Below are positions 1 through 8,097 of a stretch of 59,152 nt of DNA, one piece after another (positions within the stretch are counted from its first letter, which is position 1; every line of letters starts with the position of its first letter). Source of the DNA: Candidatus Yanofskybacteria bacterium RIFCSPHIGHO2_01_FULL_44_24 (GTDB lineage Bacteria > Patescibacteriota > Minisyncoccia > 2-02-FULL-40-12 > GWA2-44-9); the NCBI GenBank assembly GCA_001794215.1, contig MGJK01000018.1, forward strand, positions 1 through 59,152. The letters are read 5' to 3'. The notes below the pieces were generated by a model that worked only from the letters and a program-made list of their open reading frames with translations, had not been told where the DNA came from and ran no database searches. A program made the position numbers and the translations under genes.

Positions 1-1326
1 ATTGGGGAGAGTCTGTGTCGCACCAAAAGGTTGATTGGAAGGATTGAAGCTCGTCGGTTCGTAGTATTCGGGGGGGAATAATTGGGAACCCGAATATTGA
101 TTCGTTACAATGGCACCATCATAACCACCAGAAACCGCAAATAACGAAAGCCACTTTCCACTTATATTATCGGAGGCAATTGCCGGGTCGTATCTTTTAA
201 GAACTCCGTCCCAAACCGATAAAAGAACAGCGCCACCTGTATTTATGGGCATACCGTCATCACCTAACTCCACCGCATAAAGATCCGCAGGAGACCATTT
301 GGTCACCAAAAGGGTGGTAGAGGTTGCAGAATTATATTTTATTCTGTTATCGCCGGCATCGGGTCCAAAGGCCTTAATAATCGGACCGAGGGTGCCGTCT
401 ACATCGACTAATCTGGTATAAATGTCTCCGTAATTTTGCCAAGCAACTAAAAATTTACCCGTTGAAGGATTAAAAACTACTCCTTGATCTTGCCCCTGAC
501 CAGGTCCGGTATTGTCGTCTAAATAAAATAATGAACCGATAGGTAAAAGTGATCGGGAATCAAATAGCCGACCATAGCCGCCTGAGTGGTAATTGTAAGG
601 TTCTCCGGAGGCAAAACCAACGGCTAAACAAACTCCGGAAGGAGAACAATCTAATGCAGGAGAGCCCTCGAAATCAAGTCCGTCTCCAATGATTACCCCA
701 CCTGAAACATTTCCGGCCATATCAAAATGATTTAGCTGGGGTTGAGCCCAAGTTGCTCCAGAAGTTAAAACTCGCGTACCAACAATAAACCCCTGTCCAT
801 CCCAGACTGATTGAGCTTTTTCTGAAGCATACCACTCGCTGAATATATCGGTTACCTTGCTTCGCGGCCCGATCGATACGGAAGAATTGGCCCCGTACCT
901 GACCAGACGGCCATATTTAGTATTCGCCACTTGATCTCCAACGACATAAGTAACGAGAAAAACTGGATCATTGAGCGGCCCGCCGAAAGTTACATCCGAC
1001 CATGCAATAAACGGGCTTGTAAGGTTCGGGCTTTCTTGAGCAATAATAAAACTGCCTCCCAGCTGAGCTCCGTTTTCATCTAAAAACCACCCCATACCTC
1101 CCGATATAACCAGATAAACCCTGTTTACACTGTCATAAGCTGCCTTCATCAGGGCCCCTCCGGAAAAAGAAGAGGGGAGGCTGGTCGCCGTCAAAGAACT
1201 CGCTATTTGCGCCTCTCCGTAGTTTATTTTACCTAAGTAAGTACCCGCTGCCGAGATAAAAAGAACTAAGACAACGATCAAAAAAAGTCTGATCAGTAAT
1301 TTGTTGAGGTAAGGAGCCGTGCTCAT
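1..1326 (-). CDS. hypothetical membrane-anchored/secreted protein, 3' end cut by window edge (442 codons visible)
   Basis: ATG at 1326. I read every triplet from 1 to 1326 in this frame and found no minus-strand stop. N-terminal hydrophobic helix LLIRLFLIVVLVLFISAAG. It starts 18 nt after the stop of the upstream same-strand gene. It is absent from the ORF track because it runs off the edge. Confidence 0.6.
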   Translation of the reverse strand, partial: MSTAPYLNKLLIRLFLIVVLVLFISAAGTYLGKINYGEAQIASSLTATSLPSSFSGGALMKAAYDSVNRVYLVISGGMGWFLDENGAQLGGSFIIAQESPNLTSPFIAWSDVTFGGPLNDPVFLVTYVVGDQVANTKYGRLVRYGANSSVSIGPRSKVTDIFSEWYASEKAQSVWDGQGFIVGTRVLTSGATWAQPQLNHFDMAGNVSGGVIIGDGLDFEGSPALDCSPSGVCLAVGFASGEPYNYHSGGYGRLFDSRSLLPIGSLFYLDDNTGPGQGQDQGVVFNPSTGKFLVAWQNYGDIYTRLVDVDGTLGPIIKAFGPDAGDNRIKYNSATSTTLLVTKWSPADLYAVELGDDGMPINTGGAVLLSVWDGVLKRYDPAIASDNISGKWLSLFAVSGGYDGAIVTNQYSGSQLFPPEYYEPTSFNPSNQPFGATQTLPN

Positions 1327-1344
1327 TTGAGAAGAATCGAATGA

Positions 1345-3369
1345 TTAATTTTCAATATGGAGATGGTCGCCCGTTTGGAACGGGGTTGATTTAGGAAGCG
1401 GACAATTCTGCCAATTGTAAGGGAGGCCGTTGAGGGAAGAATACTCATTAACTATTGTGCTAAAACCGGCTTGCCTCACTGCCGCGCATAAAAGATCTAC
1501 CTCCTGAGCCAGTTGAGTGCGGACTGAGGGCGGAGATGTTAATCTTATATCTACGCAGGTGCCGTTACCATGGCACGCGTCGGCATGATTGACTGTCGGT
1601 GGGAAACCTTCAGACATAACCCAATTTGTAGTCGCTTGTCTTAGCGCAAGGAGCTGGGGTCCTATTGATAATTCTACAAATGGACATGTTCGTGAAGGAT
1701 CGTTCAGGGGAATAGGAGAACTGAAATTCCTGACATTAATGTAATTGCCGACACATTGTACCGGTTGGCCTCCGGCTAATATATTTCCGGGATAAGCCGA
1801 ACACTGATTACAGGCATTGATCTGGGTGGGCGGTCCAGTATAAATAGACGGGACAGGGGTATTTGCCGGAAGATTGAATACTCCTTTGGTCAGGGCCGGA
1901 TTGATCGTATTTAAAATCGTATATCCGGAGATCAAGATCACGGCGCCGATAATCGCATTGAATATTTTGTGCTTAGCATCGCTGATTTTGCCGGAATTTC
2001 CTGCGGCTGTCATCCAGATTACTCCAGCCCACATAATCATGACGAAAACCGCCAAACCGAGCATATAAATACCATACTTGAATATGTCCTCGATAAGACC
2101 GCCGAAACTACTGCTTGTAGTGCCAAAATTACTGCCTGTGCCGGTTGCGCCGACTTGACCGCCGGAAGAAATAATCGGGGCAGCGCTATTGATAATTGTC
2201 AGAACATTAGCTCCACTCGAAGGTCCGCCCGGACCAAACAAAGTAACGGTATAAAGTCCGGGCTGGAGACTGAGAGGGACTGCGACCGTGGTTTGAATTT
2301 TTTCAAGATCAACCGAACCAAGCGCCGCTGTTTGAACTCCGGCTGAAGAAGTGAAAAGCACGTTAGGAGTGAGATCGTAACCGTAAATATCGATAAGCTG
2401 GCCGGGGTAAGCGGTTGTCGGATCAATGGCAACTACAAAAGGAGAGGCACCAACCCAATAGTTAAAAGCGGCCACGCGAACCGTCGGATTCCATGTAGCG
2501 ACAACATAGTTCCCTAATCCGTCATGAAACGCATGCGGAGTATGAGCCGTTTGATTGGGCCACAAGTTAAATTCTGTTGCCGGATCATCGTTAAACCTGC
2601 CGACAACCCCGTTATCGTCGTAAGGAGTTACATCGGAAGCCACAATAAGAGGATCTGCAGACCAAGCCTGTACGCCCCAGGGTACGGCTGTTAAATCCGT
2701 ATCCATGAGCACCACGATTCCGCCGGGAAGGACTCTGGAAATACCCGTAGGCGCGCCTATACCGCCCAAGTCAAATACCGGCCCGCCTGTAACGTCGCGC
2801 ATAAATACATTGATAACTCCCGCCCTCACCTGATTTTGCCAAACAACAAGACCGCCGCCTGCGGCAACCGGGTGATTTCCGCTATTCGTTACCTGGCCTA
2901 AATTTTCGATTGCTCCGGTATCGCTTCTCCAAAGGTTTATGTGTTCAGGAATACAGGTTGACGGACTGCTGACACAGGCTGAATTTTCTCCGTCCCTAAA
3001 AACCATCCAGAGGATATTGCTATACACCGCAAGTCTCTGAAAAGCCCGGCCAACTCCGGAAAAAGGAATTGATATTATTTTCTGATCCGTTAAGTCGGGA
3101 GCAAAATTATAGAGATTCAACTGGCCATAGTCTCCCGGTGGACCCTGCTGGACGGCGACCCAGATTCTTCCGTTATAAAATACCGGGTCAGGAAATGTTC
3201 CGACGCCCAAATCTATGGTATTTATGGCAGTTGGACCAGCCGCTTCGGCTTTGTGGTTTGCTCCTTGCAAGACAAAAGAGATTGCAAGCAAAGCAATAAT
3301 CGGAAACAGCATCCGCTTAGCGTAGTAACGAGGAATATTGTGCCGGCCACTAATTAGTTTGTTGGGCAT
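1345..3369 (-). CDS. large surface protein: signal anchor, extracellular beta-rich region with IPT/TIG-like segment, TrbC/VirB2-type pilin-like two-helix module, C-terminal Cys-rich LAS/M15-like Zn-peptidase motif
   Basis: 674-aa ORF. N-terminal anchor MLFPIIALLAISFVLQG. IPT/TIG-like segment LYTVTLFGPGGPSSGANVLTI. Two hydrophobic helices flank AAGNSGKISDAKHKIFNAIIGAVI. The C-terminus has HGNGTCVD (H-x6-D) and HLH (H-x-H). Confidence 0.75.
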   Translation of the reverse strand: MPNKLISGRHNIPRYYAKRMLFPIIALLAISFVLQGANHKAEAAGPTAINTIDLGVGTFPDPVFYNGRIWVAVQQGPPGDYGQLNLYNFAPDLTDQKIISIPFSGVGRAFQRLAVYSNILWMVFRDGENSACVSSPSTCIPEHINLWRSDTGAIENLGQVTNSGNHPVAAGGGLVVWQNQVRAGVINVFMRDVTGGPVFDLGGIGAPTGISRVLPGGIVVLMDTDLTAVPWGVQAWSADPLIVASDVTPYDDNGVVGRFNDDPATEFNLWPNQTAHTPHAFHDGLGNYVVATWNPTVRVAAFNYWVGASPFVVAIDPTTAYPGQLIDIYGYDLTPNVLFTSSAGVQTAALGSVDLEKIQTTVAVPLSLQPGLYTVTLFGPGGPSSGANVLTIINSAAPIISSGGQVGATGTGSNFGTTSSSFGGLIEDIFKYGIYMLGLAVFVMIMWAGVIWMTAAGNSGKISDAKHKIFNAIIGAVILISGYTILNTINPALTKGVFNLPANTPVPSIYTGPPTQINACNQCSAYPGNILAGGQPVQCVGNYINVRNFSSPIPLNDPSRTCPFVELSIGPQLLALRQATTNWVMSEGFPPTVNHADACHGNGTCVDIRLTSPPSVRTQLAQEVDLLCAAVRQAGFSTIVNEYSSLNGLPYNWQNCPLPKSTPFQTGDHLHIEN

Positions 3370-3510
3370 GAAGGTGACAGATAGCCGATGCGACGATAGG
3401 GGCGAATAATTGAAAGAAAAGATACGAAGCCTCGTCTTTAATTGTAAGGTATACGAGAGCGAATGTCATTAGATAACTATCAACATTTTTGATATGATAT
3501 AGAAGAAGAT

Positions 3511-4830
3511 TTGACCGCGCTTAAGCACAAAAAAACGGCCCCATTCATCGCCGCCATAGTCTTATGGGTATTTTTCGTTTTTTTCTGTACGGCATCCGCG
3601 GCTACGTCCACCCAAGAGGAGATCGCCGAAAAGCAAAGACAAATAGAGGAAATACAGAAACAAATAGAGGCCTACCAGCTTCAGGTAGATACTACCCGCT
3701 CGAAATCAAGGACATTAGAAAATGAGATCGGCGGTTTGAACGCCAAAATAAGCCAGCTGACCCTTGAGATAAGGGGCCTTGAGCTTTCCATCAACAAAAC
3801 CAGTCTCGAGATCAACGATACCGAAGCAAAGATAGGGGATGCCTCCACTAAAATCGGAAAACACAAAAACGCCCTCGCCCAATTTATTAAGATCCTTCAC
3901 GAAGCCGATCAGAAAACTCTTACCGAAGTATTGCTGAACAATCCGACGCTGTCTAATTTTTTCAATAATTTAAACAGCATTCAGGTTACTCAAAATAATT
4001 TAGGAAATACGATTCAGAACATAAAAACGCTTAAAATTAGCTTGGAAGAGTACCAAGCCGACCTGGAAGATAAGAAATCGGATCTTGAAAGATTAAAAAG
4101 GGTCGAGGACATAGAAAAAAGCAACCTCAACAAAAATAAATCCGACAAAAATAAACTTCTTAAAGACACCAAAGGCCAAGAGTCCAAATTCCAAGAGTTA
4201 ATCAAGAAATCGCAAAAAGACATAGAGGCTATCCGAAGCCAGGTTACGTATCTTCAACAATACGGAGTCACGGCCGAAGATGCAGTTAAATACGGCCAAT
4301 TGGCGGCGATAGCCACGAGCATAAGGCCCGCTTTCCTGATCGCTATTTTGGAAATAGAGTCCGGATTAGGAAGAAATGTCGGCACGGGTAACTGGTTAAA
4401 TGACATGTATGAATGCTACCGAAGACTTGGTAAATTATCGCGAGCCGAAGCTGAGAAGAAGGCATTCTTTCAGATAGTAGAACAGCTTGGCCTTGATCCT
4501 AATTCGGTCAAAGTTTCAAGAGAGCCCAACTACGGCTGTGGAGGCGCCTTGGGTCCGGCCCAATTTCTTCCTTCTACCTGGCTCGGATATGCAGAAAGAG
4601 TAGCTCGTCTAACCGGCAATAACCCTCCGAATCCTTGGAATATTGAAGACGCTTTCATGGCGGCGGCAATTAAATTAGCCGACGGAGGAGCTACATCAAA
4701 AGATAAAACCGGCGAGACCCGGGCTGCCAAGGCATATATCAGCGGCCGGCCCACCTGTACTTCAAGCATCTGCAACTATTACTCAAACGCCGTTCTCCGC
4801 AAGGCATCGGAGATAGAAAAGAATCTATAA
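3511..4830 (+). CDS. secreted coiled-coil protein with C-terminal MltB/SLT_2-like lytic transglycosylase domain
   Basis: TTG start and a signal-like N-terminus. About 230 aa of heptad-rich coiled coil. C-terminal motifs LEIESGLGRN and GPAQFLPSTW are typical of MltB-type lytic transglycosylases. Confidence 0.8.
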   Translation: MTALKHKKTAPFIAAIVLWVFFVFFCTASAATSTQEEIAEKQRQIEEIQKQIEAYQLQVDTTRSKSRTLENEIGGLNAKISQLTLEIRGLELSINKTSLEINDTEAKIGDASTKIGKHKNALAQFIKILHEADQKTLTEVLLNNPTLSNFFNNLNSIQVTQNNLGNTIQNIKTLKISLEEYQADLEDKKSDLERLKRVEDIEKSNLNKNKSDKNKLLKDTKGQESKFQELIKKSQKDIEAIRSQVTYLQQYGVTAEDAVKYGQLAAIATSIRPAFLIAILEIESGLGRNVGTGNWLNDMYECYRRLGKLSRAEAEKKAFFQIVEQLGLDPNSVKVSREPNYGCGGALGPAQFLPSTWLGYAERVARLTGNNPPNPWNIEDAFMAAAIKLADGGATSKDKTGETRAAKAYISGRPTCTSSICNYYSNAVLRKASEIEKNL

Positions 4831-4917
4831 TAAAACCTGATTGATATTCGGTCTATAAGAGACCCACGCCAACTCTTGCGTAGCTTGCACCTATCCAGAA
4901 GTAATTTCTCGAAATCT

Positions 4918-4955
4918 ACCCCTACCCTTTATGATATATCATAAAGGGTAGGGGT
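4918..4955. repeat. PAL24 palindrome copy 1 (core CCCTTTATGATATATCATAAAGGG at 4925-4948, extended to 38 bp by ACCCCTA/TAGGGGT arms)
   Basis: Perfect inverted repeat read directly from the sequence. Intergenic, downstream of the 3511-4830 gene. Confidence 0.9.
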
Positions 4956-5144
4956 TAGGGATCAACAACGGAATGCAACTGATACCGGACATGAGGCGCA
5001 TGTATAGCGAACTTGGCTTAGTTTAGACGCTTCGAAGCATTGCGAGGTATTTGTCATTCAGTCACGTTTAAATTGAAACTTGTCATGTATTATGCTAAGT
5101 TTTTTATATTGTTTTTTGAAAATTTATAGTAAGATGGGGGAATA

Positions 5145-6407
5145 ATGAAGAGCAGGTTGAAATTATTTTTCGGAACTCTGTTCATGGTCTCGCTGATAGC
5201 CGTTTTTACGGTTGGACTTCGCGGACAAGGATCTCTTCCGACCCGCAACATAGAAGCTGAGGGGGCTGTCATAGCTCTGGAAGTTCTGCGTCCCGCATGT
5301 GATTTGGCCGGCCAAATCGAAGAGGCTAAGTTGCTTCTCAAAAACTCCGCTCCTCTCAAAATCTCGGAAACACCGAAAAGAGCCATTCTAAGAAAAGAAA
5401 TCTCTTTGGTTATCTTGGATACCCAGACATGCAGTATTACCGAATCAAGGTACTTGCTCGATGAGGCGGACGTTAAAAAAGCCAACGCCCTGAGAAGAGC
5501 CTACCAGGACAACCCCGGTAATTTGCCCAAATTCATGCCCGTAGATCCGAAAAATGAGTTCTCGGTCACAGTAAACTGGTGGAACAACCACAACTCCGAT
5601 CTGAGCATCGTTAAAGACGGTTCCGTGGAAGAAGATCGCTACATAGTAATCGCCAATAAATTCGCGATATCCAACGACAGCCTGGCCTATAACGAGGACA
5701 AGACCGGTCCCCGCTACTCGGACATTATCTATGTTCCTTATTCGAGCGGGATCCACGCCGATGCCTTAATAGAACTCGGAAAAAAATTTCTTAATGAAAA
5801 GGTGGATTCGGCTTTTGACGAACTGGCCCGGCAATCGGTTCAATCCGCGGCTTACCCGTCGAAATTGGTAACCGACGTCATCAGGAAAGAATTTCCGAAA
5901 AATCTTTTCATAACCGAACAGACAGACCCGGCTCTCATATTCGCCTCAAGCGACAACGGAAAAAGACTGGCTGAACGAGTTTTTATACGACTTGGAGCTA
6001 ACGGAGATAAGACTTTCCGTTATACATATTCCAAGACCGGAGCTTTAGGCCTTGGGCAGATTATGCCCGGCACTTACGGATCAATAGTTAAACGCTATCC
6101 GGCCGCAAAACTTCTCAGGGATATAGACATCGGCCGAGTTGATGTGGAAAATGGAATTAAAGCCACGATCTTGGTATTAGATGACCACTTCGCAACAGTA
6201 GTCAAAAACGCTAACGGTTCTTCAAAAGGCCGGACAATATTGGCCGGCAAGACCCATTCGGAAATTGAAGAAATTATGGCTGCCGCCTATAACGGCGGTC
6301 CAGGCAAATACAAGCCCCTGACCGGCACAATAAGTTTAGCCGTCAGAGAAACGGTAGACTTCGTAAGAAAATTCAAAATGATAAGAGACCTCAAGTTATT
6401 CGATTAA
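5145..6407 (+). CDS. secreted SLT-like (lytic transglycosylase/goose-lysozyme-type) domain protein
   Basis: GGGGG-type RBS 5 nt upstream and an N-terminal signal anchor. GALGLGQIMPGTY and AAYNGGPG resemble SLT domain motifs. The catalytic Glu is not confidently placed. Confidence 0.65.
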   Translation: MKSRLKLFFGTLFMVSLIAVFTVGLRGQGSLPTRNIEAEGAVIALEVLRPACDLAGQIEEAKLLLKNSAPLKISETPKRAILRKEISLVILDTQTCSITESRYLLDEADVKKANALRRAYQDNPGNLPKFMPVDPKNEFSVTVNWWNNHNSDLSIVKDGSVEEDRYIVIANKFAISNDSLAYNEDKTGPRYSDIIYVPYSSGIHADALIELGKKFLNEKVDSAFDELARQSVQSAAYPSKLVTDVIRKEFPKNLFITEQTDPALIFASSDNGKRLAERVFIRLGANGDKTFRYTYSKTGALGLGQIMPGTYGSIVKRYPAAKLLRDIDIGRVDVENGIKATILVLDDHFATVVKNANGSSKGRTILAGKTHSEIEEIMAAAYNGGPGKYKPLTGTISLAVRETVDFVRKFKMIRDLKLFD

Positions 6408-6433
6408 TCCCTTCATTAAGAAGGGATTTTTGT
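6406..6433 (+). terminator. rho-independent terminator
   Basis: AATCCCTTC-loop-GAAGGGATT hairpin followed by TTTTTG, starting at the stop codon. Confidence 0.7.
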
Positions 6434-6505
6434 TGTTTTAGGGACTGTTACAAAAACGAAGGCCGCATTGCTGCGGCCTGCCGACGGGTGTCGGACTTGG
6501 TGATA

Positions 6506-7075
6506 TTACCGGCGGGAAGGTCGTGGAGCTGACGGTCCTCGGCGAGGACGATCAGCCTTGGGAGGATCGGGGACGACGACGGGTGGTGCGGGGGTCACGT
6601 GCCGGCGGACGGCTTCGGTCTTTCGAAGCTCTTTCTGCTCTTTTGCGCGACGAGCTTCCTCTAGCGCTTGGTCTTGTCGCAGAACCTCCTGGTACTCCGA
6701 GTCGGCTTTCCTGAAACTCGATGCCGATATCCAGAAGACGACTCCAGTTGGGCAATCAAGTCTGGTTTTCTCCTTTTCCGAATTGGAATACCGGACGAGA
6801 ACCTCTTCATCGACCTGCTCAAGCGCGATCATCTTGGCGCCCGTAACACGAAAACATACGCCGAGCGCCTTCACGACGGACTCGGCCTGAATCTCATGCA
6901 AGTTCATTGGCAGAATCTCTGAGGTCCGCCAACTGTCCGCCCCCGGATCCGTCACGGTCGTACCGGGCGTAATCGGAGCCTCACCACGAGCACCGATGAT
7001 GTCTGGTACGATGGTGACCATCGGACCACAGACACAAATTAGCAACGCCAGTAGAAAATAGACTTTTTTCGACAT
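6506..7075 (-). CDS. hypothetical secreted/anchored protein with Pro/Arg-rich C-terminus; compositionally GC-rich gene
   Basis: Start moved to ATG 7075 (MSKKVYFLLALLICVCG) because AAAGGAGG lies 5 nt upstream. The gene is far more GC-rich than its neighbours: my hand count gives about 40/60 G+C at its 3' end versus about 25/60 at the start of the neighbouring gene. Confidence 0.6.
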   Translation of the reverse strand: MSKKVYFLLALLICVCGPMVTIVPDIIGARGEAPITPGTTVTDPGADSWRTSEILPMNLHEIQAESVVKALGVCFRVTGAKMIALEQVDEEVLVRYSNSEKEKTRLDCPTGVVFWISASSFRKADSEYQEVLRQDQALEEARRAKEQKELRKTEAVRRHVTPAPPVVVPDPPKADRPRRGPSAPRPSRR

Positions 7076-7193
7076 TCCTGCCTCCTTTGGCCTCTCCGCC
7101 GTTGTAGGTAGAACTTGACTTGTATATTGTACCATGTTTCTAAGAATAAATCAATACCCTGAAATTTAGCCTAAAATGGCCTAAAAACACACA

Positions 7194-7216
7194 AAAACCA
7201 CCTTTGGGTGGTTTTT
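7194..7216. terminator. bidirectional hairpin terminator
   Basis: AAAAACCACC-TTTG-GGTGGTTTTT, 23 nt downstream of the minus-strand 7239-7424 ORF. Confidence 0.7.
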
Positions 7217-7238
7217 GATTTTGAAATCGATACTACTT

Positions 7239-7424
7239 CTACTTGTCTTCTTGCGGAGGACAGATGCAATTTTCTTCGGCATCTTCACAGCCGGAACATT
7301 TTGGCATGCAACGGTCACCGCCGCACTCGTGCTCCGGATCGTGCTTCTCCGAAACAGAGTCGCAATCAGGGCATTTATAGCCCTTCCCCGGCCTCCCGCA
7401 ACTTTTACATTTTGTATCTTCCAT
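7239..7424 (-). CDS. small cysteine-rich putative metal-binding protein (10 Cys in 61 aa)
   Basis: Cys pairs C-x2-C, C-x2-C, C-x4-C, C-x2-C and C-x-C, plus His and acidic residues. It has its own terminator and a promoter-like sequence. Confidence 0.6.
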   Translation of the reverse strand: MEDTKCKSCGRPGKGYKCPDCDSVSEKHDPEHECGGDRCMPKCSGCEDAEENCICPPQEDK

Positions 7425-7430
7425 ATATTA

Positions 7431-7458
7431 ATTATAATACGAGGTAATTATTAGGCAA
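7431..7458 (-). promoter_or_regulatory. sigma70-like promoter, possibly giving a leaderless mRNA
   Basis: Minus strand reads TTGCCT, 16 nt, TATAAT, then 6 nt (TAATAT) before the ATG at 7424. No SD is present. Confidence 0.35.
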
Positions 7459-7471
7459 ATTGGAGATAAAC

Positions 7472-7494
7472 AAAAGACCGCCTATTGGCGGTCA
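7472..7494 (-). terminator. rho-independent terminator
   Basis: GACCGCC-AATA-GGCGGTC followed by TTTTG on the minus strand. It overlaps the stop of the 7492-8055 ORF. Confidence 0.65.
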
Positions 7495-8055
7495 GTACAA
7501 GAAATGACTCAATCTAACCATCAAGGAAACGGCTAAGTACCATAAGCCCAAGACCATGATCAGGTCGCCTATTGAAAAAGCTGCAACCCGAGAAATAGGG
7601 AAAATATCGGTCAAGATCTTGAGTTTAGTTTTCTCGTCCGCAAAACAATGTTGGGCAGGATCTAAAAGTATTGAATCCGAGAAATCTTTTCTGACGGGCA
7701 TAAGGCCTCCGTTAGGGGACACCGCCACCAAATTCAGAAAACAGCCAAGTCCCGATAAGACGAAATATAAATCATGAGATATCCAGTAGCCCCCAAAGGA
7801 ACCAATCAGTATGGCTACCTTCGAAACCCCTCTCGCATTAAAAGTAAATACGGAAAGTTTTAACTTCTTGCCATTCCTTACCCTTGACCCCAAGAATAGG
7901 TCTATAACTATAGTGATACAGGCCATCAAAACGAAACCGCAAACGAGAGTAAGATCTTTGCTCAAAAATGCGACCGCAGGCACCAAGATGGCAATCAGTA
8001 CTCCGCAAACCGTCGTAGCACGGTTAATCAACGCGAAAAGCAATAAGGCAACCAT
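7492..8055 (-). CDS. polytopic integral membrane protein, function unknown
   Basis: 187 aa with about 5-6 hydrophobic helices. GGAG lies upstream of the ATG, and a terminator sits at the 3' end. Confidence 0.7.
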   Translation of the reverse strand: MVALLLFALINRATTVCGVLIAILVPAVAFLSKDLTLVCGFVLMACITIVIDLFLGSRVRNGKKLKLSVFTFNARGVSKVAILIGSFGGYWISHDLYFVLSGLGCFLNLVAVSPNGGLMPVRKDFSDSILLDPAQHCFADEKTKLKILTDIFPISRVAAFSIGDLIMVLGLWYLAVSLMVRLSHFLY

Positions 8056-8097
8056 CCACCGGCTCCGATTTGTAAAAAATCTTTATAAGATTATACT

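Noticed and set aside
6523-6922. Multiple overlapping ORFs on both strands inside the GC-rich gene
   Set aside because: Open frames are expected by chance in GC-rich DNA. Only the frame with the AAAGGAGG RBS and signal-anchor N-terminus was kept.
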